64,000 nt of DNA, from assembly GCA_963666485.2 (NCBI GenBank), contig CAXXUO010000001.1:192001-256000 (forward strand), in the 5' to 3' direction. The notes under the pieces are model-generated. The model made no database searches, was not told the origin of the DNA, and was given only the letters and a program-made list of their open reading frames with translations. A program made the translations under genes and the position numbers. Shown here one piece after another: positions 43,955-53,712 of the stretch. How positions within the stretch are numbered: the stretch's first letter is position 1; every line of letters begins with the position of its first letter. This DNA is from Syntrophorhabdaceae bacterium. GTDB lineage: Bacteria > Desulfobacterota > Syntrophorhabdia > Syntrophorhabdales > Syntrophorhabdaceae.

Positions 43955-45415
43955 TTAACCGAAGATACCGACGGCCTTCTGCGCCATCACTATGAATACC
44001 TTCGGGAAAATACCCATGTACAGGAGGGCCAATATGCAGATGAGCATGACAAGCCCATACTGGGGCGCCCGGTCGGCTGTTCCCGACTCAGCGACAGGTT
44101 CCTTGAAATACATGTACATCATCACCCTGAGGTAGTAGTATGCGGCCACGACGCTGTTCAGGAAGCCGATGATAGCAAGCCAGTAAAACTGGGATTTGAC
44201 CGCCGTACTGAAAACATAGAACTTGCCCATGAACCCGGCAAGCGGCGGCACGCCGGCAAGTGACAGGAGAAAGATACTCATGCAAAGGGCTATGAACGGG
44301 TAGCGTGCGCCAAGCCCTGCAAAACTGTCGAGGTCGCTTCCGTTGTCGCCCTTCCGCTGCATCATGATAACAGCGGTGAAGGCGCCGATGTTCATGAATG
44401 TGTATGCGGCGAGATAATACAGCATGCTCGACGCCTGGGCCCTGTCGCCCGTGATAAAGGCAACCAGGATATACCCGGCATGCGCAATGCTTGAATATGC
44501 CAGCATCCTCTTGATGTCACGCTGGACGAGCGCTGTGATGTTCCCGACGGTCATCGTAAGCACCGCCAAAACCCATATGATCTCCGTCCAGCCAAACTGG
44601 AACGGGAGGAACGCCGTGAAAAAGACGCGTATCAGTGCGCCGAATGCGGCGGCCTTCACACCGGTCGCCATGTATGCGGTTATCGACGTCGGTGCGCCCT
44701 GGTAAACGTCCGGTGTCCACATATGAAAAGGCACCGAAGCGATCTTGAACCCGAAGCCGACAAGAAGGAAGCCAAGGCCGATCAGGAACATGGTAACCGA
44801 GAACGGCTGTTTCATGAGGAAGTATCTCTTCAGTTCGACCACGTCTATTATGCCGGTGGACCCGTATATCATGGACATGCCGTACAGGAGAAACCCTGTC
44901 GCGAATGCACCGAGGAGAAAATATTTCAGGGCTGCCTCGACGGATGCGATATTGCCCCTCAAAAGGCCGCAGAGAACATAGATCGAAAGGGACATCACCT
45001 CGAGCCCGATGAATATCGTGATGAAATGATGCGACGAGGTCATGACCATCATGCCGAGAACGCCGAACATGAGCAGCGAATAATATTCGCCTCCCCCTAT
45101 CTCCTCCCGGTCGGCATATCTTAAGGAAACGAGTGACACGAGGATGAGGATGGCGAGGAACATTATTTTAAAGAAGGTCCCGTAATTGTCGATCGTGTAA
45201 AGCTGATTGAAGATATCGAGGTTCGTCCCCCACAGGTTGGCTGTGAAGATAAGCGCCAGCAGGGAGCCGAATATGCACAGGGAACCGGAGATCTTCGACG
45301 CCACGGGGCCCTTCGTCAGGCCGCCTATGATAAGCAGCAGAAGTCCGAACCCGGTGATCATGATCTCGGGTAATATCCATCTAAATTCGCAGGCTGGTAT
45401 TAAAGCGTCCATCAA
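43955..45415 (-). CDS. nuoN: NADH-quinone oxidoreductase subunit N
   Basis: EAALKYFLLG, FKIASVPFHMWTPDVYQGAP, KRMLAYSSIAH. Confidence 0.96.
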   Translation of the reverse strand: MMDALIPACEFRWILPEIMITGFGLLLLIIGGLTKGPVASKISGSLCIFGSLLALIFTANLWGTNLDIFNQLYTIDNYGTFFKIMFLAILILVSLVSLRYADREEIGGGEYYSLLMFGVLGMMVMTSSHHFITIFIGLEVMSLSIYVLCGLLRGNIASVEAALKYFLLGAFATGFLLYGMSMIYGSTGIIDVVELKRYFLMKQPFSVTMFLIGLGFLLVGFGFKIASVPFHMWTPDVYQGAPTSITAYMATGVKAAAFGALIRVFFTAFLPFQFGWTEIIWVLAVLTMTVGNITALVQRDIKRMLAYSSIAHAGYILVAFITGDRAQASSMLYYLAAYTFMNIGAFTAVIMMQRKGDNGSDLDSFAGLGARYPFIALCMSIFLLSLAGVPPLAGFMGKFYVFSTAVKSQFYWLAIIGFLNSVVAAYYYLRVMMYMYFKEPVAESGTADRAPQYGLVMLICILALLYMGIFPKVFIVMAQKAVGIFG

Positions 45416-45423
45416 TCAGACCC

Positions 45424-47010
45424 CTATCTCGTCATATTCGTGTTCGTTGCTTCAACTGCAACTTTCGCCGTGGACCCGGTATTCTGTTCAAGCATCCTCG
45501 CCTGGGCATTCCTGTTCTTGACGAGGCTTAAATACTCGGTAACCGATGTATCCATTTTATTGAAGAACATCTTCGGGTAGATACCCATCAGAAGGATAAA
45601 GAAGACCATGCAGCACAGGATGGTTATTTCGCGGCCTTCAAGGTCTTTGAGTTCCCTGTTGGCGTCCTTCGTAACAACGCCGAACATGACCCTCTGGAAC
45701 ATCCAGAGCATGTACACCGCGCCGAGGATGACACCCGTCGTCGCGAGTATGCCGTAGACCGTGTTGGCCTTGAACGCGCCAAGCAGGATAAGGAACTCAC
45801 CCACGAAGCCATTCGTCCCGGGCAGGGCTATGGATGAAAGCGTTATGATCATAAAGAAAACGGCAAATATGGGCATAACCTTCGAGATCCCACCGAAATC
45901 GGCGATCATCCTCGTGTGCCTTCTCTCATATATCATGCCGACGATAAGGAAGAGCCCGCCGGTGGAGATGCCGTGGTTGAGCATCTGGTAGATGCCGCCC
46001 TGGACGCCCTGCATGTTGAAGGCAAAAATACCGAGCATGACGTAACCTAAGTGGCTCACGCTCGAGAAGGCGATAAGCCGCTTGAGATCGGGCTGCATCA
46101 TGCTGACGATCGCGCCGTAAATGATGCCGATGACAGCGAGTATGGACATGAGGGGGACCGCATCAATCGCGGCAGCCGGGAACAGGGGGATCGCAAACCG
46201 GATGAAACCGTATGTTCCCATTTTCAGGAGAACACCGGCGAGGATGACACTGCCGGCGGTAGGTGCCTCGGTATGGGCATCGGGCAACCATGTATGCACC
46301 GGGAACATCGGCACCTTGATGGCGAACGACAGGGCGAATGCGCCGAACAGCCAGTACTGTTTCGCGATCGGTATACTCGCCTTATACAGTTCCATTACGT
46401 TGAACGTATAGATGCCGCTCTGTGCGTAATAGTAGAAGTACAGGTAAAGTATGGCGACCAGCATGAGAACGCTGCCTGCCATCGTGAAGAGAAAGAACTT
46501 TATGGCTGCGTAAATGCGGTTCGGGCCGCCCCATATGCCGATGAGAAGGTACATCGGGATGAGCATCAATTCCCAGAAAACGTAGAAGAGAACGAGGTCG
46601 AGGGCGCAGAGTGTACCGATCATTGCCGTTTCCAGGAAAAGGAACGTGATATAGTATTCCTTCACCTTGTCCTCGATCGCCTTCCATGAACAGAGCACAC
46701 AGATCACCGTGAGGAACGTGGTGAGAAGGACGAGCAGGAGGCTGATACCGTCAATGCCGATATAGTAGCTGATACCCCAATCCGGGAACCAGTCGGCTTT
46801 TTCGACAAACTGCATTCCCTTCGCTGTATTGCTGAACTTGTAAAAGAGCGGGACAGACGCGAAGAGTTCGAACAGGGAGAATACCAGCGTGGCAGACTTG
46901 ATGAGAAGGGTGTTTTCGCGCTTTACGAAAAGCAGCAGCACCGCCCCCAGAAGAGGGAAGAATATCAGGAATGTAAGTATTGGTATACCGAAAACTGAGA
47001 ACTCCGTCAT
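45424..47010 (-). CDS. nuoM: NADH-quinone oxidoreductase subunit M
   Basis: FYVFWE, KVPMFPVHTWLPDAHTEAP, LLKMGTYG. Confidence 0.96.
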   Translation of the reverse strand: MTEFSVFGIPILTFLIFFPLLGAVLLLFVKRENTLLIKSATLVFSLFELFASVPLFYKFSNTAKGMQFVEKADWFPDWGISYYIGIDGISLLLVLLTTFLTVICVLCSWKAIEDKVKEYYITFLFLETAMIGTLCALDLVLFYVFWELMLIPMYLLIGIWGGPNRIYAAIKFFLFTMAGSVLMLVAILYLYFYYYAQSGIYTFNVMELYKASIPIAKQYWLFGAFALSFAIKVPMFPVHTWLPDAHTEAPTAGSVILAGVLLKMGTYGFIRFAIPLFPAAAIDAVPLMSILAVIGIIYGAIVSMMQPDLKRLIAFSSVSHLGYVMLGIFAFNMQGVQGGIYQMLNHGISTGGLFLIVGMIYERRHTRMIADFGGISKVMPIFAVFFMIITLSSIALPGTNGFVGEFLILLGAFKANTVYGILATTGVILGAVYMLWMFQRVMFGVVTKDANRELKDLEGREITILCCMVFFILLMGIYPKMFFNKMDTSVTEYLSLVKNRNAQARMLEQNTGSTAKVAVEATNTNMTR

Positions 47011-47020
47011 GTACGCACCT

Positions 47021-49006
47021 TTACAAGATTCTCGAAATAAGATAACCGACCACTGCTATCGCGCCGAGGATGACCGCAAATGCATAGCCCTGCACCGCAC
47101 CCGTCTGTACCTTGCGGATGATGCCGCCCACTCCGGCCAGGAGCGATGCGATACCATTCACGATGCCATCTACGATCATCTCGTCGAAAAAGTCTTTGCA
47201 GAACCTGCCGAGTTTCAGAAGGCCCCGCACGAATATGAAGCCGTACAGCTCATCTATGAAATACTTGTTATGGACCAGCGTGAACAGCCCGTGGAACTTT
47301 TCCACAAATTTCTTCGGGAGGTTCGGGTTCTTCACGTAAAAAAGCCAGGCGATGAATATGCCGAGGAGCCCGATGATAACGGCGCCTATCATGAGCTGCA
47401 TCTCCATCCCGTGATCGGCGCCCGCCGCTCCGCCGGATGAGGCGAATGCGGTGCTGATGATATTGAAGCCGCCCGCGTGCGCCGCAGCCGGTGCCGCATG
47501 GTGCCCAAATACAGGTTCCAGCCATTTCTCTATATGATTGGAGCCGCCGAGCAGGCCGGGGACGCCGACGTAGCCGCCGATTATGCTGAGGACCGCAAGG
47601 ATCATGAGAGGCACGGTCATAACCTTCGGAGACTCGTGGATGTGATGTTTTACCTCTTCATCCGCCCTGCATTCTCCGTGGAATGTGCTGAAGAACATCC
47701 GGAACATGTAGAACGCGGTCATGCCGGCTGTTATGGCGCCTATGGCCCAGAACCAGAAGCTGTTATATTTGCTGAAGGCCATCCAGAGGATCTCGTCCTT
47801 GCTGAAAAACCCTGATAAGCCCGGTACGCCCGCGATGGCGAGACATGCGATAAATGTCGTCCAGTAGGTGATGGGGGTTTTCTTGCGGAGCCCGCCCATT
47901 TTTCTCATGTCGAGTTCGCCGCTCATAGCGTGCATCACGGAACCGGCCGCGAGGAAGAGCAGGCCCTTGAAGAAGGCATGCGTCATGAGGTGGAAAACGC
48001 CGGCTGCGTATGCGCCCGCGCCCACACCGACGAACATGTAGCCGAGCTGGCTGACGGTGGAATACGCGAGGACGCGCTTGATATCGTACTGGGCTGTGCC
48101 GATCGTTGCGGCAAAGAACGCGGTCGCGAGACCGATGATCGTGACGACGAGGAGCGTCGTCGGCGCGAGGACGTACAGGAAATTAAGCCGTGCGATCATG
48201 TAGACGCCGGCGGTGACCATCGTGGCAGCGTGGATCAGCGAGCTGACAGGCGTCGGGCCTTCCATCGCGTCAGGCAGCCAGACATAAAGGGGTATCTGCG
48301 CCGATTTTCCCGTTGCGCCGACAAAGAACAGAAGCGTGATGACCGTTGCAAGCCCCGGCCCGATGAGGTGCGCGTTGGCCTGAATTTCGGAGAATTTCAA
48401 TGTCCAGATGCCCTGGGAGCCCAGGTACCCGACCAGCGTGAACACGCCGAGGAGGAACCCGAAGTCGCCGATCCTGTTGACGATGAACGCTTTTTTGCCG
48501 GCATTCGCCGCCGAGTCCTTTTCATACCAGAACCCGATGAGGAGATATGAACACAAACCGACGCCTTCCCACCCGACAAACATGAGAAGGGCGTTGTCGG
48601 CGGTGACCAGCGTCAGCATCATGAAAACGAACAGGTTGAGATAGCAGAAAAAGCGTCTGAACCCGGGGTCGTCGTGCATATAGCCGACAGAATAAATATG
48701 GATGAGTGAGCCGACACCCGAGACGATGAGGCACATGATGATGGACAAGGCGTCGATCCGGAACCCGATCGTTGTCTTGAGGTCGCCCGAGACGATCCAG
48801 TCGAACACGGTCTTTTCGAATACCCTGCTTTCCGGCGCCATCTGCAGGAACTGGACGAATATGGTTGCCGATACGGCGAAGGATGCAATAACAGCCAGGC
48901 ATGCAATCCAGGCGGTCAAAGTCTTCGGGAATTTTATCCCGAGAAGGCCATTGATCAGGAACCCGATCGCGGGAAATGCCGGAATAAGCCAGATAAGGTC
49001 AGCCAT
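47021..49006 (-). CDS. nuoL: NADH-quinone oxidoreductase subunit L
   Basis: GWEGVGLCSYLLIGFW, GKSAQIPLYVWLPDAMEGPTP, THAFFK. Confidence 0.96.
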   Translation of the reverse strand: MADLIWLIPAFPAIGFLINGLLGIKFPKTLTAWIACLAVIASFAVSATIFVQFLQMAPESRVFEKTVFDWIVSGDLKTTIGFRIDALSIIMCLIVSGVGSLIHIYSVGYMHDDPGFRRFFCYLNLFVFMMLTLVTADNALLMFVGWEGVGLCSYLLIGFWYEKDSAANAGKKAFIVNRIGDFGFLLGVFTLVGYLGSQGIWTLKFSEIQANAHLIGPGLATVITLLFFVGATGKSAQIPLYVWLPDAMEGPTPVSSLIHAATMVTAGVYMIARLNFLYVLAPTTLLVVTIIGLATAFFAATIGTAQYDIKRVLAYSTVSQLGYMFVGVGAGAYAAGVFHLMTHAFFKGLLFLAAGSVMHAMSGELDMRKMGGLRKKTPITYWTTFIACLAIAGVPGLSGFFSKDEILWMAFSKYNSFWFWAIGAITAGMTAFYMFRMFFSTFHGECRADEEVKHHIHESPKVMTVPLMILAVLSIIGGYVGVPGLLGGSNHIEKWLEPVFGHHAAPAAAHAGGFNIISTAFASSGGAAGADHGMEMQLMIGAVIIGLLGIFIAWLFYVKNPNLPKKFVEKFHGLFTLVHNKYFIDELYGFIFVRGLLKLGRFCKDFFDEMIVDGIVNGIASLLAGVGGIIRKVQTGAVQGYAFAVILGAIAVVGYLISRIL

Positions 49007-49020
49007 TTGAAACCCCTTCT

Positions 49021-49332
49021 TTAGCCTTTAAGCAGATTGAATTCGTCTACGTGTACTGTGCCCTTGTGCCTGAAGATGAGCACGAATATAGCAAGGCCCA
49101 CCGCCGCCTCGGCCGCCGCAACGGCCATGATGAAGATGACGAAGATGGCCCCGTCAAGGGAATTCAGGAAATTACCCGAGGTGATAAAGCTCAGGTTGAC
49201 CGCATTCAGCATGAGCTCTATGCACATGAAGATCACGATCGCGTTCCGGCGCGTGATGACGCCGATCGCCCCGATGGTGAAAAGTACTGCCGACAACAGA
49301 TAATAGAGGTCCTGCGGTATCTCGGGCAACAT
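49021..49332 (-). CDS. nuoK: NADH-quinone oxidoreductase subunit K
   Basis: [21 protein letters not shown]. Confidence 0.96.
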   Translation of the reverse strand: MLPEIPQDLYYLLSAVLFTIGAIGVITRRNAIVIFMCIELMLNAVNLSFITSGNFLNSLDGAIFVIFIMAVAAAEAAVGLAIFVLIFRHKGTVHVDEFNLLKG

Positions 49333-49340
49333 TATCTCTC

Positions 49341-49874
49341 CTATTCCTTTCTTTTCCTGGCAAGCAGCACCGCGCCGACGATACCGACAAGGAGAAGTAT
49401 CGAGGCGACTTCAAATGCGAATGCGTACTTGCCGTAAAGCAGGGCCCCAATCGCCCGGGTATTGCCTATCTCGGCGAGTTTCTGGGCGCTGTAGATGCCG
49501 TGCTGTCCTGAGTCGCTGTATGTGTATATGCCTGCAAGGACCTGCAGGAAGAGTGCTATCGTAATAATGGACCCGATGACTTTCGGGAAAGACTTTTTTG
49601 AGCCCCACTGTGCGCCCCATTCCAGGTGGATAAGCATGATAACGAAAAGGACGAGCATCATGATCGCCCCGGCGTATACCATGACCTGTGCGACTGCTAT
49701 GAAGGTCGCGTTGAGGGTGATGTACAGGACGGCGACGGAGAAAAATGTCACGATCAGCCATAATGCGCTGTGGATCGGGTTTTTACGTGTTACCATCATA
49801 AGGGATGAGCCCGTTGCCGTAAGGGCCATCACAACAAAGATAAACCATTTAAATCCGAGTCCAATTTCCATCAT
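49341..49874 (-). CDS. nuoJ: NADH-quinone oxidoreductase subunit J
   Basis: [35 protein letters not shown]. Confidence 0.95.
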   Translation of the reverse strand: MMEIGLGFKWFIFVVMALTATGSSLMMVTRKNPIHSALWLIVTFFSVAVLYITLNATFIAVAQVMVYAGAIMMLVLFVIMLIHLEWGAQWGSKKSFPKVIGSIITIALFLQVLAGIYTYSDSGQHGIYSAQKLAEIGNTRAIGALLYGKYAFAFEVASILLLVGIVGAVLLARKRKE

Positions 49875-50296
49875 TTTTTATCCTCATACATGGAAAGGAG
49901 TTTTTTCGTATCCAGCACAAAATCTTCCTTCCGGTAATGTGCCTGCTCGTAATCCTTGCCGAGGTTGATGGCATTGACCGGACATGCATCCTGGCAAAAT
50001 CCGCAGAAGATGCAGCGCCAGGGATCTATCTCGTATTTGACGGGGTAACGTTTCCCGTCGAATTTCTCGCCTATTTCAAGCGTGATGCACTGGTTCGGGC
50101 AGGCTGCCACGCACAGGCCGCACGCTACGCAGGCTGTCTCGCCGGCCTCGTTTTTCTTGAAATAATGCACGCCGCGCCATCTTTCCGGCACTTCGTGCTT
50201 CTTTTCCGGGTATTGGTACGTGATCGGCTTCGTGAACACCCGGGTGAACGTGAGCCGAAGTCCTTTAAGGAGAGGAAGGACTATCTTGTCTTTCAT
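49871..50296 (-). CDS. nuoI: NADH-quinone oxidoreductase subunit I
   Basis: TYQYPE, two CxxCxxCxxxCP motifs; ATG at 50296. Confidence 0.95.
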   Translation of the reverse strand: MKDKIVLPLLKGLRLTFTRVFTKPITYQYPEKKHEVPERWRGVHYFKKNEAGETACVACGLCVAACPNQCITLEIGEKFDGKRYPVKYEIDPWRCIFCGFCQDACPVNAINLGKDYEQAHYRKEDFVLDTKKLLSMYEDKK

Positions 50297-51294
50297 TACA
50301 GCACCCCCATTGCCACGAGGGCAGCAGTTACGACAACGTTGAGAAGCGTCAGCGGCAGAAGGACCTTCCATCCGAACTGCATGATATGGTCATATCTCAA
50401 CCGCGGATAGGTTCCCCTCTCCCAGATGAAGAAGAAGATGATCACGAAGACCTTGATGATGAACCACAGCGGCCCGAGGTACGCGGGGCCGGGGCCCATC
50501 CAGCCGCCGAGGAAGAGCGTCGTGACGATCGCCGCGACCGTGAACATGTGGGCGTATTCCGCGATCATGAACGTTGCGAATTTCATACTGCTGTACTCAA
50601 TATTAAAACCGCATGCCAGCTCGCTTTCCGATTCCGGCATGTCGAACGGTGTCCTGTTTATTTCTGCAAGGCCTGCAACCAGGTAAAAGATGAAGCCGAA
50701 GGGATACTTGACGATGAACCAGAGCCCCGACTGTGCATTGACGATCTCGCGCAGGTTGAGCGACCCGGCGATGATGATCGTGCCTATTACGGCGAGGCCG
50801 AGGGCCACTTCGTAGCTGATCATCTGGGCCGCGGCACGCAGGGCGCCGAGGACGCCGTACTTGTTGCCGGACGCCCATCCGCCGAGGACCACCCCGTATT
50901 CGCCGAGGGTAGCGAGGGCGAGGAGGTAAAGGAGCCCGGTGTCGATATCTGCGACAACCATCTTGACCTGCCTGCCCAACAATTCCACGGTCGGCCCGAA
51001 CGGGATGACGGCGAACATGCTGAGCGCCGCAAAAAGTGATATGCCGGGCGCGAGCACGTATAACACCTTGTCGGCCTCATCGGGGATGATGTCTTCCTTG
51101 AAGAAGGACTTGACGCCGTCTGCGATCGGCTGGAGAAGACCGAAGGGGCCTACCCTGTTCGGCCCGGGCCTGACCTGCAGGCGGCCGAGGAGCTTCCTTT
51201 CAAGGAGAGTGGTGTATGCCACGCACCCCATGAGAACGGCCACGACGACGATGTTCTTAACGACCATTATACCTAACGTGATAAGCTGTTCCAT
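50296..51294 (-). CDS. nuoH: NADH-quinone oxidoreductase subunit H
   Basis: RPGPNRVG, QPIADGVK, AQMISYE, NRTPFDMPE. Confidence 0.96.
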   Translation of the reverse strand: MEQLITLGIMVVKNIVVVAVLMGCVAYTTLLERKLLGRLQVRPGPNRVGPFGLLQPIADGVKSFFKEDIIPDEADKVLYVLAPGISLFAALSMFAVIPFGPTVELLGRQVKMVVADIDTGLLYLLALATLGEYGVVLGGWASGNKYGVLGALRAAAQMISYEVALGLAVIGTIIIAGSLNLREIVNAQSGLWFIVKYPFGFIFYLVAGLAEINRTPFDMPESESELACGFNIEYSSMKFATFMIAEYAHMFTVAAIVTTLFLGGWMGPGPAYLGPLWFIIKVFVIIFFFIWERGTYPRLRYDHIMQFGWKVLLPLTLLNVVVTAALVAMGVL

Positions 51295-51297
51295 GCG

Positions 51298-53712
51298 TTA
51301 ACCTTTTTTTACCGTCACTGCGATGTGTTTGGCATATCCATCGGTCAGATTCAATATGTCCTGCCTGTTCTTCAACATTCTATATTCAAGCACGCCCTTC
51401 TTCAGACCTTCTTTGATCATCGCAGGGTACTGCGCTTTTCCGTGATCGGATTCGATGACCACCTGGCCGCCTTCCGTGATCCCCAGTTCGTCAGCGTCCT
51501 CGCGCGAGATGAACAGCTTGTCGCCGGCGATCGCAGGGTTCTGGAGGTACGCCATTTTCGTATACACGCCCTTCCCTGCCAGGTGATGGTGGAAGAAGAC
51601 GTTCTTGAGGACAAGGGTGAACGGTTTCCGGGGGGCGCCTGCCCCGGCTGCGACCGGCGCGGCCTTTGCCGTACCGTTCGTGGGCTTGAGGCTCAACCGC
51701 CCGGACTCGCCCGTTACGATAAAATCCTTCTGGAAGACAACCGATGACGCCTCGGCCTCGTCCTTGTAGAGCCCGCCGCCCAGCCTGTCGAGGAGCATCC
51801 TCAGGAAATCGAACCCCGGCGACGCCTTGCCTTCGCCCCGTGCGACCGTGCGCACATATCCGTCCTCGGCGATATAGCTGCCCTCTTTCTGGGCGAAGCT
51901 GCCGGTCGGGACAACGACGTGGGCATATGCCGACGCGTTCGTTGCGAACATGTCGCATACCGCCATAAAGGCCTTGCCCTTCAGGGCTGCCTCGACGTTC
52001 TTGCCGGAAAGGTAGTGGAAAAGATCATCTTCATAGATGAAAAGCGCGTCCGCCTTGTTCAGCGCGTCCGATGGTGAAACCGCGCCGGGGAGGAATGACA
52101 GGGTGCCGACGGCATTCGACTGAAGGGCGGTCGGCATGACCACGCCTGTCTTCTGGATACCCTTCACGATACACAGGTTGAGGAGTGCCTCCATGCTCGC
52201 GATGTTGCCGCTTATGCCCGTGCCGAATATGACGGCAACAGACGATGCGTTCGAGAGGAGCTTGTAAAATTTATCAACGGCCTTTTCATCAGCACCGCTT
52301 GCCGCGACTGCATCGGCCTTGCTTCCGCTTAAACCCTCGATGCTCCCGGCATCCGGGTCGTTCTTCTTGTCGGCGATGAACTGGGCCGCTATTCCATTAA
52401 AGAATGCCGCATCCGAGCCCGGCGCGACCTTTACCCAGCAATCGCTGATGCGCGTGAGGTTCACGGGTGACGGGTCGACGACGGCTACTTTCGCCCCGGT
52501 GGTCTTCATGGCTTCCCGGACCTTGTTGGCGAGAAGGTGATTGTTCCCGAGAAGGTCCGCACCGGCAACGACGATGAGGTCGCATGTGTTCAGCGCGTCA
52601 TATTCATAAGGATACGGGATGCCCATCCGGCGCATCGTGTCGAGCACCTTGCCCGTATGGTAATACCCGGCAGTGCCAAAGACGGTCTTCGAAAATCCCT
52701 TCGCGATCTGCGTCACCAGGTAGGTTTCTTCGTTCGTTGCCCGCGGGGATACGATAAAACCGATGGTCTTGCCTTCTTTATCGAGTTTGGTCAACGCAGA
52801 TGCCGTTGCTTCTACGGCCTCGGCCAGCGTCGCTGCCGCTGCTTCCGCCCCCTGTTTGACCGTCGGTGCGGTAAGCCGCGCTTCGTTATTTGCGAAATCA
52901 TATCCAAAACGTCCCATCACGCACAGTGAGCCCTTGTTCGGCTCAAGCGACGCGTTCGTGACGACTTTCGTGATGAATTTGTCCTCGTACACATCGAGGT
53001 TGAGCGAGCACCCGAAACCGCAGTGCGGGCAGGTTGTCGTCTGCCGCTTTGTCTGCCATTTCCTGCTTTTCTGCGGGCTTTCCTGCTCGGTCAGCGCGCC
53101 GACGGGGCACATGAAGAGGCATTCGCCGCAGGAGATGCAGTCCTCGGGGACTGTCGGCTTCATCGCCGCCTCTATTCCCGTTCCCACAAGTTCCAGGACC
53201 TTCCGCCCGGATACCTCGCGGCATGCATGCACGCAGCGCAGGCACAGGACGCAGCGGTCCTCGGCATACCTGATCATCGCGGTCGCGTACGGTTTTACGG
53301 TCTTCGGCTCCCTATCCGCCTCGAGGTCGACACATTCGAGCCTGTGCTCGAAAACGAGGTCCTGAAGGCGGCACTCGCCGGCGGAATCGCAGTGCGGGCA
53401 TTCCAGCGGATGATTGATGAGGAGGAACTTAAGATATTCCTGGCGCATCGCGAAAAGCTTGTCGGACTGGGTCGTGACCGAGATACCCTCGATGGCGTTC
53501 GTCGTGCACGAGGCCATGGGTTTTTCGTACCCGTCGATCTCGACGATGCAGAGCCTGCAGGAGCCAATGGGAAGAAGGTTCTCGTGGTAGCACAGCGTTG
53601 GGATGTATATGTCGTTCTCCCGCGCAGCTTCGAGTATCGTCTTGCCTTCCTCTGTCTTTATCTCTTTGCCGTCTATCTTGAATGTTATCATTCCCGTTCC
53701 CTTTTCAGCCAA
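51298..53712 (-). CDS. NuoG/SfrA-like iron-sulfur subunit with a molybdopterin-oxidoreductase-like body
   Basis: 2Fe-2S (C..SCRLC..C), HPLECPHCDSAGEC, CVLCLRCVHAC, CISCGECLFMCP, CPHCGFGC..C. Confidence 0.85.
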   Translation of the reverse strand: MAEKGTGMITFKIDGKEIKTEEGKTILEAARENDIYIPTLCYHENLLPIGSCRLCIVEIDGYEKPMASCTTNAIEGISVTTQSDKLFAMRQEYLKFLLINHPLECPHCDSAGECRLQDLVFEHRLECVDLEADREPKTVKPYATAMIRYAEDRCVLCLRCVHACREVSGRKVLELVGTGIEAAMKPTVPEDCISCGECLFMCPVGALTEQESPQKSRKWQTKRQTTTCPHCGFGCSLNLDVYEDKFITKVVTNASLEPNKGSLCVMGRFGYDFANNEARLTAPTVKQGAEAAAATLAEAVEATASALTKLDKEGKTIGFIVSPRATNEETYLVTQIAKGFSKTVFGTAGYYHTGKVLDTMRRMGIPYPYEYDALNTCDLIVVAGADLLGNNHLLANKVREAMKTTGAKVAVVDPSPVNLTRISDCWVKVAPGSDAAFFNGIAAQFIADKKNDPDAGSIEGLSGSKADAVAASGADEKAVDKFYKLLSNASSVAVIFGTGISGNIASMEALLNLCIVKGIQKTGVVMPTALQSNAVGTLSFLPGAVSPSDALNKADALFIYEDDLFHYLSGKNVEAALKGKAFMAVCDMFATNASAYAHVVVPTGSFAQKEGSYIAEDGYVRTVARGEGKASPGFDFLRMLLDRLGGGLYKDEAEASSVVFQKDFIVTGESGRLSLKPTNGTAKAAPVAAGAGAPRKPFTLVLKNVFFHHHLAGKGVYTKMAYLQNPAIAGDKLFISREDADELGITEGGQVVIESDHGKAQYPAMIKEGLKKGVLEYRMLKNRQDILNLTDGYAKHIAVTVKKG

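Noticed and set aside
51298..53712. Formate dehydrogenase alpha subunit or selenoprotein
   Set aside because: No recognisable Cys/Sec-His catalytic motif and no in-frame TGA; operon position fits an electron-transfer subunit.
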